A stretch of 64,000 nt of DNA from an uncultured Gammaproteobacteria bacterium. GTDB taxonomy: Bacteria > Pseudomonadota > Gammaproteobacteria > Arenicellales > Arenicellaceae. Below the pieces are notes generated by a model that saw only the letters and a program-made list of their open reading frames with translations, was not told the DNA's origin and searched no databases. Below, piece after piece: positions 50,952 to 60,638 of this stretch; position 1 is the first letter of the stretch; each line of letters opens with the position of its first letter. Where the stretch lies: assembly GCA_964578035.1 (NCBI GenBank), contig CAZOBR010000002.1, positions 34 to 64,033 on the forward strand, written 5' to 3'. Position numbers and translations under genes: made by a program.

Positions 50952-51611
50952 ATGACCCCAGAGCAAGCTAAGCAACTTGTCGCCGAAGCCGCGATTGAAT
51001 ACATTGAATGGGATTGGGTGATTGGGGTTGGCACAGGTTCAACCGCTAATCTCTTTATTGATGAGCTAGCCAAAATTAAAGGCAATATTGATGGCGCGGT
51101 TGCAAGTTCAGAAGCCTCGGCAGAACGGTTACGTGGGCACGGCATTCGTGTATTAGAACTGGATCAATCAGGTGACTTACCAATTTACATTGACGGTGCC
51201 GATGAATCGACCAAGCACTTACATCTAATTAAGGGTGGTGGCGCAGCCTTAACGCGAGAAAAAATTGTCGCTGCCGCCAGCGCCAAATTTATTTGTATTG
51301 CGGATGATTCTAAACTTGTAGATACCTTAGGCACGTTTCCATTACCGGTTGAAGTGATACCAATGGCGAAATCCTATATCGGCCGACAAATGGTTAAACT
51401 TGGTGGCAATCCAATTTTAAGAGACGGTGTAATCACCGATAACGGCAATATGATTATCGACGTGCACGACCTCAAAATTGATAACCCAGTAGAACTAGAG
51501 CGAACGATCAATCAACTACCCGGCGTGGTAACCAATGGCCTGTTTGCCCAGCGTGGTGCTGATGTACTGTTGCTGGGTGGTGAGAGCGGCGTGACTACCA
51601 TCACTGCTTAA
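50952..51611 (+). CDS. rpiA: Ribose-5-phosphate isomerase A
   Basis: [31 protein letters not shown]. Confidence 0.97.
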   Translation: MTPEQAKQLVAEAAIEYIEWDWVIGVGTGSTANLFIDELAKIKGNIDGAVASSEASAERLRGHGIRVLELDQSGDLPIYIDGADESTKHLHLIKGGGAALTREKIVAAASAKFICIADDSKLVDTLGTFPLPVEVIPMAKSYIGRQMVKLGGNPILRDGVITDNGNMIIDVHDLKIDNPVELERTINQLPGVVTNGLFAQRGADVLLLGGESGVTTITA

Positions 51612-51650
51612 GTCTTTGCTGCCCTAAACTCTGTTTTTTTAGAAAAACAG

Positions 51651-51684
51651 AAAGGCCAAAGCAAATAATCGCTTTGGCCTTTTT
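51651..51684. terminator. Intrinsic terminator between convergent rpiA and folD
   Basis: AAAGGCCAAAGC-AAATAATC-GCTTTGGCCTTTTT. Confidence 0.8.
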
Positions 51685-51714
51685 CGTATAATGCGTTGTT
51701 GTATCGGTTTTGAC

Positions 51715-52602
51715 TTACGCAATACCGTTAATCATGCGCGCGGCTTTAACGGTGTTTTTCATTAACATAGCAACAGTCATTGGGCCAACGCCGCCTGGTA
51801 CAGGTGTAATGGCGCCAGCGACATCGAACACATCATCATAATCAACGTCGCCCACTAAACGATAACCGCGCGGATCATTGTCATCGTCGACTCGATTAAT
51901 ACCGACGTCAATGACGGTTGCGCCTTCTTTGATCATACCTGCTGTAACAAACTCTGGCACACCAATTGCCGCAATTAAAATATCAGCTTGGCGTGTGTAA
52001 TTCGCCAGGTGATCAGTGCCACTGTGGCAACAGGTGACGGTGCAGTTTGCCTTCTCGCCTTTTTGCACCAAAATATTCATCATTGGTTTACCAACAATAT
52101 TGGATCGACCAATCACGACTGCATGCTTACCAGACATTGAAATACCACTGCGCACAATCATTTCAGGAATACCTGATGGCGTGCACGGCGTTAAGCAATC
52201 AATACCAATACTCAACTTGCCCACATTGACTGGGTGAAAGCCATCAACGTCTTTGGCAGGATCAATGCGTTCTGTAACTAATTCTTCGTCCATGTGGTGC
52301 GGAAGTGGTAGTTGCACAAGAATGCCATGCACATGAACATCATTATTCAAGGCATCAATTTCTTCTAACAACGCAGCTTCAGCAATATCAGCCGACAACT
52401 CAATTTTAATTGATTTAACCCTAGTCTCTTCGCAGGCTCTGACTTTACTGCCAACATACGCTTTTGAAGCAGGATTATTACCAACCAATACAACCGCTAA
52501 GCACGGTTGAATATCTTGCGCAATTAAAGCATCAACTTCTTGTTTTGCTTCAGCGCGAATTTCTGCGGCTATTTTTTTGCCGTCAATAATCTGAGTAGTC
52601 AT
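51715..52602 (-). CDS. folD: Methylene-THF dehydrogenase/cyclohydrolase FolD
   Basis: HGILVQLPLP, KDVDGFHP, PCTP, GRSNIVGKP, ITPVPGGVGPMT. Confidence 0.97.
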   Translation of the reverse strand: MTTQIIDGKKIAAEIRAEAKQEVDALIAQDIQPCLAVVLVGNNPASKAYVGSKVRACEETRVKSIKIELSADIAEAALLEEIDALNNDVHVHGILVQLPLPHHMDEELVTERIDPAKDVDGFHPVNVGKLSIGIDCLTPCTPSGIPEMIVRSGISMSGKHAVVIGRSNIVGKPMMNILVQKGEKANCTVTCCHSGTDHLANYTRQADILIAAIGVPEFVTAGMIKEGATVIDVGINRVDDDNDPRGYRLVGDVDYDDVFDVAGAITPVPGGVGPMTVAMLMKNTVKAARMINGIA

Positions 52603-52631
52603 ATTATTATCAATCTCATATTAATTTGTAC

Positions 52632-53381
52632 TTAAGAGACACCTTCGTCAGACTCTACGCGCTTTGTTTCCATTCTTCTAGCGAAAAAGAGACCAACTTC
52701 GAACAATAAACACACAGGAACCGCCAGCATGATTTGCGAAAATATATCCGGCGGCGTCATCAACATACCCAGCACAAACGCACCTAGAATAATGTACGGG
52801 CGTTGTTTGGCCATATTGTCGGGGCTAACCACACCCATGCGTGCCAACAACACTGTTGCTACAGGTACTTCAAAGGCAATACCAAATGCAAAAAACAGTT
52901 TTAGCGCAAAGCTCATATACGCGCTGATGTCAGTCATGACTGCCACGCCTTCAGGAGCCATACCAATAAAAAACTTAAAAATAATCGGGAACACAACGTA
53001 ATATGCAAACATAATTCCTGCATAAAACAAGAGTGTGGATGAGACCACTAATGGCAATGCAATGCTCTTCTCGTTTTGATATAAGCCCGGCGCAATGAAT
53101 GCCCAAACTTGATACAACACCATGGGTATGGAGATTGCAAATGCTGTGGCAAACGCAAACTTAAACGGAATAAAGAATGGCCCGTGTGGTTCAGTAGAAA
53201 TCATACTACCGCCTTGTGGCAGATTAGAAATCAACGGTTTGGCAAACCATTCATACAAATCATTCGCAAAGGGCACCAAACAAATAAACACCACTAATAC
53301 CGTGCCAACTGCCCACAGCATACGATTTCGCAACTCGATTAAGTGTGATACAAACGGTTCAGATTGGGCTTGTTCTGTCAT
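52632..53381 (-). CDS. tatC: Twin-arginine translocase TatC
   Basis: SHLIELRNR, YQVWAFIAPGLY, FGIAFEVP, TPPD..SQ. Confidence 0.96.
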   Translation of the reverse strand: MTEQAQSEPFVSHLIELRNRMLWAVGTVLVVFICLVPFANDLYEWFAKPLISNLPQGGSMISTEPHGPFFIPFKFAFATAFAISIPMVLYQVWAFIAPGLYQNEKSIALPLVVSSTLLFYAGIMFAYYVVFPIIFKFFIGMAPEGVAVMTDISAYMSFALKLFFAFGIAFEVPVATVLLARMGVVSPDNMAKQRPYIILGAFVLGMLMTPPDIFSQIMLAVPVCLLFEVGLFFARRMETKRVESDEGVS

Positions 53382-53842
53382 GATGCCGTATCCGATTTTT
53401 TCGTAGACGCCGTTTGCGATTTTTTCGTATTAGCCGGTTTAGCTTTCTTAACGGCCTTTTTAGCTTTTTTCTTAGCGGTCTTTTTAGTCGCTTTTTTAGC
53501 GGGCTGTTCTAATGGCTGCATGTGCACTTCGTCACTAGCAGGCTCATCGACATCGCTATTTATGTTAGTCGCTTCTATTTCAGCAGAATCCGCAAGGTCA
53601 CGGCCCATTTGCTTGATGTCATTTTTAAAGTCGGCCATTTCTCGACGCGCTTCTTGTAAGCCTTCCAGAGGGTCGCCACCCAGCTCGTCTTTCATTTCGT
53701 TGCGCAGACGATACATTCCTTGGCGCGCTTTACGTACAAAGAAAGCCGCTTGCTTTGCCATTTCAGGCAAGCGCTCAGGGCCGAGTACCAGCAATAACAC
53801 TACGGCAATAACCAGTAGCTCCCAAAAGCCGATATCGAACAT
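53378..53842 (-). CDS. tatB: Twin-arginine translocase TatB
   Basis: MFDIGFWELLVI...LLVLGPERLP. Confidence 0.95.
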   Translation of the reverse strand: MFDIGFWELLVIAVVLLLVLGPERLPEMAKQAAFFVRKARQGMYRLRNEMKDELGGDPLEGLQEARREMADFKNDIKQMGRDLADSAEIEATNINSDVDEPASDEVHMQPLEQPAKKATKKTAKKKAKKAVKKAKPANTKKSQTASTKKSDTAS

Positions 53843-53845
53843 GTT

Positions 53846-54061
53846 TTACTTTTGTTCGGTCTCAGCAGGCTCTGCTTCTTCAGCAGCGGCCTCTTCATTA
53901 TCGGCTGCGTCTTTAGAGTCATCGTTAATGGCTTTTTTAAAACCTTTAACCGCACCACCTAAATCACCACCAATACCACGTAATTTTTTTGTGCCAAAAA
54001 TCAGTGCAACAATCACCAAAATAATCAGCAATTGCCAAATTGAAATACCACCTAATCCCAT
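53846..54061 (-). CDS. tatA: Twin-arginine translocase TatA
   Basis: [34 protein letters not shown]. Confidence 0.96.
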   Translation of the reverse strand: MGLGGISIWQLLIILVIVALIFGTKKLRGIGGDLGGAVKGFKKAINDDSKDAADNEEAAAEEAEPAETEQK

Positions 54062-54093
54062 TTTACTATCCTCGTAGGTTTATCTAACTATTG

Positions 54094-54411
54094 TTAACGG
54101 GTGGCCTTTTCGACCAAACCCGATGTGCCCATGCGCCGAGCAAGTTCGTCAATTACGTGTTGTGGTTCAAGGCCTTGCTGTGCAAGCAATACCATTGTGT
54201 GAAACCATAAGTCCGCAATTTCATATACGATTTTTTCTGACTCGCCATCTTTCGCGGCCATCACTGTTTCAGTAGCTTCTTCGCCAACCTTTTTCAAAAT
54301 GGCATCTAAACCTTTAGCTGACAAAGATGCTACATAAGATGAATCAGCATCTGCGCCTAAACGCGACTGAATGACAGCGTGTATCTCGGCAAGTATATCT
54401 TGGCTGCTCAT
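54094..54411 (-). CDS. hisE: Phosphoribosyl-ATP pyrophosphatase HisE
   Basis: SYVASL..KG...[20 protein letters not shown]; ATG 54411. Confidence 0.94.
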   Translation of the reverse strand: MSSQDILAEIHAVIQSRLGADADSSYVASLSAKGLDAILKKVGEEATETVMAAKDGESEKIVYEIADLWFHTMVLLAQQGLEPQHVIDELARRMGTSGLVEKATR

Positions 54412-54433
54412 GATGTATATTAAATCTATATGG

Positions 54434-54835
54434 CTATTTAATGGGGTTACTTTTGTATATTTCTTTCGGGTCTTTGATAACAGGCGCATCTGTTTGCCAC
54501 TGGCCATCAGTATACACCCGATAAAAACAACTTTGACGCCCCGTGTGGCAGGCAATTCCACCTTTTTGTTGCACGCTTAGCAGCACCACATCGGCATCAC
54601 AGTCAATACGAACCTCTTTTACCACTTGCTGGTTGCCGGACTCTTCGCCTTTACGCCATAGTTTTTGTCTTGAGCGCGAGTAATAAACGGCCATGCTTGT
54701 TTCAATGGTTTCTTGCAACGCATCACGATTCATCCAGGCAACCATCAAGTTAACACCGGATTCAGCATCTTGCGCAATAGCCGGCACCAAGCCGGCTTCA
54801 TTCCATTTAATTGTGTCTAAGTAATCGCTCATCAT
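54434..54835 (-). CDS. hisI: Phosphoribosyl-AMP cyclohydrolase HisI
   Basis: [41 protein letters not shown]. Confidence 0.96.
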   Translation of the reverse strand: MMSDYLDTIKWNEAGLVPAIAQDAESGVNLMVAWMNRDALQETIETSMAVYYSRSRQKLWRKGEESGNQQVVKEVRIDCDADVVLLSVQQKGGIACHTGRQSCFYRVYTDGQWQTDAPVIKDPKEIYKSNPIK

Positions 54836-54850
54836 TATTTTTATAAGATT

Positions 54851-55633
54851 TTACAGCCTAACTTCAACACCCGCGTCGCGCATAGCATTTTTGGCTTGTT
54901 CAACAGTGTATTCACCAAAGTGAAAAATACTGGCCGCCAACACGGCATCTGCACCGCCTTGAACAACGCCTTCAACTAAATGTTCAAGGTTGCCAACACC
55001 ACCCGAGGCGATCACTGGAATTGGAATGGCATCACTCACTGCGCGAGTGAGTTTTAAGTCATAACCCGCTTTTGTGCCATCGCCATCCATGCTGGTTAGG
55101 AGTATTTCGCCGGCACCATAATCGGCCATTTTTGCAGCCCATTCAATTGCATCGATGCCAGTTTGTTTACGCCCGCCATGTGTAAATATTTGCCAACGAT
55201 CTTTAGGGTCACCTTTGCTAACAAAATGAGTTTGCTTGGCATCAATTGCAACAACAATACATTGCGAACCAAAATGCGAGCTGGCCTGTTTAATAAAATC
55301 TGGATTAAACACGGCCGTGCTATTAACCGAGACTTTATCAGCGCCAACATTTAATAAATTGCGTACATCGCTCAGCTCACGAACACCGCCGCCTACCGTT
55401 AGCGGAATAAACACTTCGCTGGCAACGCTTTCAACAACATTTAAAATTGTGTCGCGATTATCAGAAGTGGCGGTAATGTCTAAAAATGTGATTTCATCTG
55501 CGCCTTGCTGGTTATAGCGTTTGGCGACTTCAACAGGGTCGCCGGCATCGCGTATATCAACAAAGTTAACGCCTTTTACAACGCGACCATTGTCAACGTC
55601 TAAACAGGGGATGATTCGTTTTGCTAATGGCAT
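54851..55633 (-). CDS. hisF: Imidazole glycerol phosphate synthase cyclase subunit HisF
   Basis: [41 protein letters not shown]. Confidence 0.97.
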   Translation of the reverse strand: MPLAKRIIPCLDVDNGRVVKGVNFVDIRDAGDPVEVAKRYNQQGADEITFLDITATSDNRDTILNVVESVASEVFIPLTVGGGVRELSDVRNLLNVGADKVSVNSTAVFNPDFIKQASSHFGSQCIVVAIDAKQTHFVSKGDPKDRWQIFTHGGRKQTGIDAIEWAAKMADYGAGEILLTSMDGDGTKAGYDLKLTRAVSDAIPIPVIASGGVGNLEHLVEGVVQGGADAVLAASIFHFGEYTVEQAKNAMRDAGVEVRL

Positions 55634-55645
55634 ATTATGTTGGTT

Positions 55646-56377
55646 TTAGCAGTTGTCTAAATAACGCTGACCTTCGGCAAAATCTAAGGTGCCTTCGTAA
55701 ATAGCGCGGCCTGTAATCACACCAGAAATGCCTGATGATTCAATTTTTTGCAATGCAATTAAATCATCCATATTGGTCACGCCACCTGAGGCAATAATTG
55801 GAATAGCAACGGATTCTGCCAACGTTTGAGTTGCGTCCAGGTTTACACCTTGCATCATGCCATCGCGCGCAATATCGGTATAAATAATGGCTTGGACACC
55901 GTCGTTTTCAAAACGTTTGGCCAAGTCGATCACATTATGTTCGGTTAACTTTGCCCAACCATCAACGGCTACGATGCCATCTTTAGCGTCTAGCCCAATA
56001 ATTAAATGCTTACCAAACTCGGCAGCTATTTCACCAATAAATTCTGGTTCATTTGCCGCGCGAGTACCAATAATTACATAACTAACGCCAGCATCTATAT
56101 ATGCTTGAATCGTTTGCTCATCGCGAATACCACCGCCAATTTGAATCGGCACGTTGGGGTACTTTTCGGCAATCGCATTAATCACATCGGCATTCGCCGG
56201 TTTACCCGCGAACGCACCATCAAGATCAACCAAGTGTATGCGTTTAGCGCCTAGCTCTACCCATTTATCTGCCATGGCCAAAGGGCTGTCGCTGAAGACA
56301 GTAGAGTCTTCCATAAGGCCTTGGCGCAAACGCACGCATTTACCTTCTTTAATATCAATTGCGGGAATGAGTAACAT
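55646..56377 (-). CDS. hisA: ProFAR isomerase HisA
   Basis: [42 protein letters not shown]. Confidence 0.97.
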   Translation of the reverse strand: MLLIPAIDIKEGKCVRLRQGLMEDSTVFSDSPLAMADKWVELGAKRIHLVDLDGAFAGKPANADVINAIAEKYPNVPIQIGGGIRDEQTIQAYIDAGVSYVIIGTRAANEPEFIGEIAAEFGKHLIIGLDAKDGIVAVDGWAKLTEHNVIDLAKRFENDGVQAIIYTDIARDGMMQGVNLDATQTLAESVAIPIIASGGVTNMDDLIALQKIESSGISGVITGRAIYEGTLDFAEGQRYLDNC

Positions 56378-56378
56378 A

Positions 56379-57026
56379 TTATTCCGATTTACCGTTCCAG
56401 GTAGTAAAGTTCTTTAAGAGCTGCAAGCCATCGTCATGGCTTTTTTCAGGGTGAAACTGCACAGCAAACACATTATTGATACCCGCTGCTGCAATAAATT
56501 GATGACCGTAATCGGTCATTCCGTAGGCCATACCTAAGTTGGCATCTGGCGATGCATTAGCGCAATAACTGTGCACAAAATAAAAATAGGCGTCGTCTTC
56601 AATACCGTTCCATAACGGGTGGCCGCGTAATTGCGCAACTTGGTTCCAACCCATTTGCGGTATTTTTAAATGATCTTCTGAGTTATGAAAATGACTGAAA
56701 TGACGAACTTGGCCTTTGAATAAGCCTAAGCCATCAGTGCCGCCATCTTCTTCACAGTAATCGAACATGGCTTGCATGCCCACACAAATACCCAGCAATG
56801 GTTTCTCGGCCATTGCGGTTTTTAAGGCAGACTCTAAGTTGCGCTCGCGCAACGCATTAAACCAGGTGCCAATTGCTCCTTGGCCTGGTAATACCACACG
56901 ATCGGCATTTGTAATGTCGTCGGCGTTGCGTGTAACCATCACGTTCGCATCAGGTGCAACCGTGTTTAAAGCTTGCTCAACCGAACGCAGATTGCCAATG
57001 CCTAGATCAATAATAGCGAGTTGCAT
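56379..57026 (-). CDS. hisH: Imidazole glycerol phosphate synthase glutaminase HisH
   Basis: [33 protein letters not shown]. Confidence 0.96.
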   Translation of the reverse strand: MQLAIIDLGIGNLRSVEQALNTVAPDANVMVTRNADDITNADRVVLPGQGAIGTWFNALRERNLESALKTAMAEKPLLGICVGMQAMFDYCEEDGGTDGLGLFKGQVRHFSHFHNSEDHLKIPQMGWNQVAQLRGHPLWNGIEDDAYFYFVHSYCANASPDANLGMAYGMTDYGHQFIAAAGINNVFAVQFHPEKSHDDGLQLLKNFTTWNGKSE

Positions 57027-57034
57027 ATAGCGCC

Positions 57035-57628
57035 CTAGAGACTACCCTTCGTGGAAGGAATAACACCCGCACTGCGCTCATCAAACTCTAGCGCCATGCG
57101 CAAAGAGCGACCAAAAGCTTTAAAAATTGTTTCAGCAATGTGGTGCGCGTTTTTGCCTCGAATGTTATCAATGTGCACGGTCATGCGGGCATGATTAACA
57201 AAGCCGTGAAAAAATTCATCGAACAGGTCTACATCAAAACCGCCAATGCGTGCACGACGGTAATCAACGCGATGCATTAAGGTTGGTCGGCCAGAAAAAT
57301 CCACGACTACTCGGCTCAACGCTTCATCCAGCGGAACATAGGCGTGGCCATAACGGCGAATACCTTTTTTATCGCCCAGCGCTTCTGCAAACGCTTGGCC
57401 TAGAGTAATGCCAATGTCTTCAGTGGTATGGTGATCATCGATATGCAAATCACCTTTACAAGTAATATCTAAATCAATCAAACCGTGACGGCCAATTTGA
57501 TCCATCATGTGCTCAAGAAACGGAACGCCAGTGTCGAAATTGCACTTGCCTGTGCCGTCAAGATTTAGCTTAACGGAAATTTTAGTTTCACTGGTGTCGC
57601 GAACAACAGTTGCTTTGCGGTCAGTCAT
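57035..57628 (-). CDS. hisB: Imidazoleglycerol-phosphate dehydratase (monofunctional HisB)
   Basis: [37 protein letters not shown]. Confidence 0.97.
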   Translation of the reverse strand: MTDRKATVVRDTSETKISVKLNLDGTGKCNFDTGVPFLEHMMDQIGRHGLIDLDITCKGDLHIDDHHTTEDIGITLGQAFAEALGDKKGIRRYGHAYVPLDEALSRVVVDFSGRPTLMHRVDYRRARIGGFDVDLFDEFFHGFVNHARMTVHIDNIRGKNAHHIAETIFKAFGRSLRMALEFDERSAGVIPSTKGSL

Positions 57629-57839
57629 GATGCTTGCTCTGGTTTCTTTTTAAGCTCTGATTTCTTTTTAATTAGCCGGAATAGCCAATTTAGCCGTCAA
57701 TCTATAGCGGGGGGTAATTTTACCAAACTTCACGCTGTGTACCTAACGATAATCACTACAAATAAATCGCCACAGGTTGCGTGACGCTGTTTGCAAAAAT
57801 CTACCAATATGCGTTTCTTTAGCTGTTAAAATACGTGCA

Positions 57840-58076
57840 ATGAAGAAACTTCCATCTCTAAACGATATTCCGCGCAAGTATCGACGCATTATTCGCAATA
57901 AGGCAATCGAACGCGCGCGTACTCGAATTGTTGTGGCTGGTGGTAACCCTGCTGACTTCTCGCAGCAAGACCTTGAAATAGTTGTTAAAGAAGAAGAAGA
58001 CAAACTCAAAAGCTCTGTTCGTGAAAAAGGCTTGCTGGCAGTATTGGCGCTGTTTGGTATAAATTTTTTTAGTTAA
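57840..58076 (+). CDS. Hypothetical small protein
   Basis: ATG 57840; charged helix (LEIVVKEEEDKLK) with hydrophobic C-terminal tail. Confidence 0.6.
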   Translation: MKKLPSLNDIPRKYRRIIRNKAIERARTRIVVAGGNPADFSQQDLEIVVKEEEDKLKSSVREKGLLAVLALFGINFFS

Positions 58077-58168
58077 GCTTGATATAACCGAGCTTTTCGA
58101 ATAAGTCATGACACTTGCAAATAAACCCTATCCAAGCAGCTTAAGCCACAGCGCAAACGGAAGGCACA

Positions 58169-58573
58169 ATGTTTAAACAGGCTTTTCGTTTAGCATTTGT
58201 CGCGCTGATTTGGAAACAATACAAAGTTTCTATTGTTTCAACGCTGATATTATTTGCTTATCTTTATTTGGTTGGCAGTGTACATGCGGATTACTTGAAA
58301 CATGCCAGCCTACAAAACGATGGCTCAGCAACCGGCATGAGCTTTATAATTAAATGGTTAGCACTGGGCGCAGGCGTGATTATTTATGCTTTGTTTCATT
58401 TTCTAAGTGCAAAAAGATCAACACGGCAAACGACAGAAACGAAAAAGGATATTGCAAAACAACATTCCGCAGAACATGGCGAAATATCAGAGAATGACCC
58501 ATTTAGAGAAATACGCGAACGGGAACCCCTGCGCGGCCCCGGCGACTTTTTGATTAACGAAGATAAAAAATAG
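58169..58573 (+). CDS. Hypothetical membrane protein
   Basis: 134 aa, GGAAGG RBS, two TM segments, C-terminal DPF.EIR.R..LR. Confidence 0.7.
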   Translation: MFKQAFRLAFVALIWKQYKVSIVSTLILFAYLYLVGSVHADYLKHASLQNDGSATGMSFIIKWLALGAGVIIYALFHFLSAKRSTRQTTETKKDIAKQHSAEHGEISENDPFREIREREPLRGPGDFLINEDKK

Positions 58574-58575
58574 TC

Positions 58576-58696
58576 AAAAAAAAGGCCCTCCGAGTGGGTT
58601 GGGGTACTCGAAGGGCCTCGGAATGAAGGGCGTTAGCCCCCCCCAATAACTTGCAATGCGCATGGGTTGGAGATGCAACATCGCAAGTAAAAGCTT
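58576..58696 (-). ncRNA. Candidate ~120-nt three-hairpin sRNA with C-rich (CCAACCC) loops
   Basis: Upstream TTGACA-17-TAATTT; hairpin loops CUCCAACCC, UAAC and ACCCCAACCC; last hairpin followed by U8; G-U pairs only on the minus strand; no ORF. Confidence 0.7.
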
Positions 58697-58702
58697 GACT
58701 TA

Positions 58703-58731
58703 AAATTACCTCTCTAATGATGACTTGTCAA
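58703..58731 (-). promoter_or_regulatory. Sigma70-type promoter for the candidate sRNA
   Basis: Minus strand TTGACA (58731-58726), 17-nt spacer, TAATTT (58708-58703). Confidence 0.7.
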
Positions 58732-58737
58732 CGTGTA

Positions 58738-59619
58738 CTAGCAATTATCTATGATTTTTTTATGCATTTTGTCCAGCATGTCTGGTATTTGCAACAGTTT
58801 TTGCGTGCTAATTGGCCTATTCGACTCAATCAAGCCGAGGTCATGCGCAAACTTACCCACCAATACGTCCGCACTTTTGTTTGATTCGCGCCATTGTTGT
58901 GCCGATTCTGAACCGTCTCGCTTGGCCATACGCTTACCGGATTGGTCATTCATCAATGGCACATGGTGATAGTTAATTGATATGGATACAGGCTTAAGCT
59001 TATTTGCCAAAAACTGCTGGCGATTTGTACTATCAAGTAAGTCCTGGCCTCGAACAACATCTGTGACACACTGATCTAAATCGTCTACAACCACGGCTAG
59101 TTGATAGGCAAATAATTGATCAGCACGCCGAATCACAAAATCCCCACACTCATTCGCTAACTCTGCATTAACGCGCAGACGCATTGCTGGCGGTTTTTTC
59201 TGGCGCATTTTCACTTGTTGTTCAGCTGATAAATTGCTGCAAGTGCCTGGGTAAACGCCTACTTTGCCATGCGGCGCGCTGGCTGCGAGTTGCACATCTT
59301 TACGAGAACAAAAACAAGGGTAACTTAGACCTAAGTTTAATAATGTTTCGAGAGCATCTTGATAGAGTTCCGTTCGCTCGGATTGATAAACAACATCTGC
59401 GTCCCAATCAAGCCCTAACCATTCTAGATCGAATAAGATTTGATCTGCACTGCCTGCAACCGTACGAGGCGTATCCAAGTCTTCCATTCGAACTAAAAAT
59501 TGGCCGTGATTAAGTCGCGCATGCAGCCATGCAATTAGGGCTGTACGTAAATTCCCTAAATGTAGATCACCAGTTGGACTGGGGGCGTAGCGGCCGATAT
59601 AAGGTGTTGAAGATGGCAT
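58738..59619 (-). CDS. gluQ: Glutamyl-Q tRNA(Asp) synthetase
   Basis: YIGRYAPSPTGDLHLGN, RMEDLD, YPCFCSR, AYQLAVVVDD, VVRGQDLL, KRMAKRDG; no anticodon domain. Confidence 0.93.
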   Translation of the reverse strand: MPSSTPYIGRYAPSPTGDLHLGNLRTALIAWLHARLNHGQFLVRMEDLDTPRTVAGSADQILFDLEWLGLDWDADVVYQSERTELYQDALETLLNLGLSYPCFCSRKDVQLAASAPHGKVGVYPGTCSNLSAEQQVKMRQKKPPAMRLRVNAELANECGDFVIRRADQLFAYQLAVVVDDLDQCVTDVVRGQDLLDSTNRQQFLANKLKPVSISINYHHVPLMNDQSGKRMAKRDGSESAQQWRESNKSADVLVGKFAHDLGLIESNRPISTQKLLQIPDMLDKMHKKIIDNC

Positions 59620-59786
59620 GGTTTGAGTTTAGCAAACTTGAGTGGGGGTTGGTGTGGGGTTGTTTGCGCAGATCAACACTGCAAGGTTTGATCCTCAGCA
59701 GTTTACATCAAAATTAATCCTTGTTGGTCGGATAGACGCCGCTCCTGTGCATACCCCAAGACCTAGTCCATGCACTCGCGATACGA

Positions 59787-59832
59787 CCGCCATGGATGGT
59801 GGAAGTGCAGACTTTGCAGGAGCAAAAGTCTG
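59787..59832 (+). repeat. Single inverted double-GGA-hairpin unit
   Basis: CCGCCATGGATGGTGG-AAGTG-CAGACTT-TGCAGGAGCA-AAAGTCTG; same architecture as the array unit on the opposite strand. Confidence 0.65.
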
Positions 59833-59843
59833 TCCGTTCATCC

Positions 59844-60056
59844 TGAACATAACTCTGAGAGTTGCTCCTGCACTCTCAGGATACCGCCCATCCATGAACA
59901 TAACCCTGAGAGTTGCTCCTGCACTTTCAGGATACCGCCCATCCATGAACATAACCCTGAGAGTTGCTCCTGCACTTTCAGGATACCGCCCATCCATGAA
60001 CATAACCCTGAAAGTTGCTCCTGCACTCTCAGGATACCGCCCATCCATGGGCATAA
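59844..60056 (-). repeat. Tandem array of four 51-bp units, each with two GGA-loop hairpins on the minus strand
   Basis: Unit TGAACATAACCCTGAGAGTTGCTCCTGCACT(C/T)TCAGGATACCGCCCATCCA starting at 59844, 59895, 59946 and 59997, then a partial fifth. Confidence 0.95.
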
Positions 60057-60087
60057 AAAAAGCCGCTTGCTATTTCTAGCAAGCGGC
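60055..60087 (-). terminator. Intrinsic terminator of the DUF692/DoxX operon
   Basis: Minus strand GCCGCTTGCTAG-AAA-TAGCAAGCGGC-TTTTTTT. Confidence 0.88.
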
Positions 60088-60132
60088 GAAAATGCAGAAT
60101 ACCAAAGGGGATGATGGGGGGGATAAACGGTA

Positions 60133-60579
60133 TTACTGCTTTAGCTTGAGGAGCCAATTATCAAGAGATAATTTGTTGCCACCTTGCCCGATCAGCAAGG
60201 CGAGTACGATCATCCATAAATAGTGCTGACTGTCCTCGAAACCGGGAACAAAGAACTGAATTACGATGGTCATAATGAATAAACCAAGAGCGCCGATGCG
60301 AGTGAACAAACCAATAAAAAGTAAAATTGGTAGGATTAACTCACCAAACGTCGCTAAGTACGCTGGGATCTCTGGTGGAATTGATTCAGGTAAAAATGAA
60401 ATAATAAATTCACCGTCTTCCTCTGGGTCAAATAGTTCAACCGTGCCTTCTAGGTCATCGAACTTCGCAACGCCTGAGCGCCAAAAAATTAAGCCTATAT
60501 AAATTCTGGCCCACACATTTGCGAGTGGCGAAACAATCGTTGCGCAGAAGTTATTGAATGATTGGAAAAGGTTTTTCAT
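60133..60579 (-). CDS. DoxX-family membrane protein (BufD-like)
   Basis: ARIYIG..FWRSG..K, AYLATFGELILPILL.IGLFTR..ALGL..MT.VIQ.FV, H..W, LSLD. Confidence 0.9.
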   Translation of the reverse strand: MKNLFQSFNNFCATIVSPLANVWARIYIGLIFWRSGVAKFDDLEGTVELFDPEEDGEFIISFLPESIPPEIPAYLATFGELILPILLFIGLFTRIGALGLFIMTIVIQFFVPGFEDSQHYLWMIVLALLIGQGGNKLSLDNWLLKLKQ

Positions 60580-60638
60580 TTTATTGCCTGTTAATGTTGT
60601 TTTCGATACCCTGACAATATTAAATTATGCACTTACAC

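Noticed and set aside
53364-54077. 237-aa plus-strand ORF
   Set aside because: Antisense shadow of tatA/tatB; no recognisable motifs
59844-60056. CRISPR array interpretation of the 51-bp repeats
   Set aside because: Units are head-to-tail and near-identical with no unique spacers, and there are no cas genes in the window
59642-60114. Four overlapping ORFs with 17-aa repeats (e.g. MNITLRVAPALSGYRPS) as a repeat protein or multi-core RiPP precursor
   Set aside because: A 51-bp unit stays open in several frames on both strands by construction; there is no convincing RBS or signal peptide, and the conserved features are RNA hairpin loops
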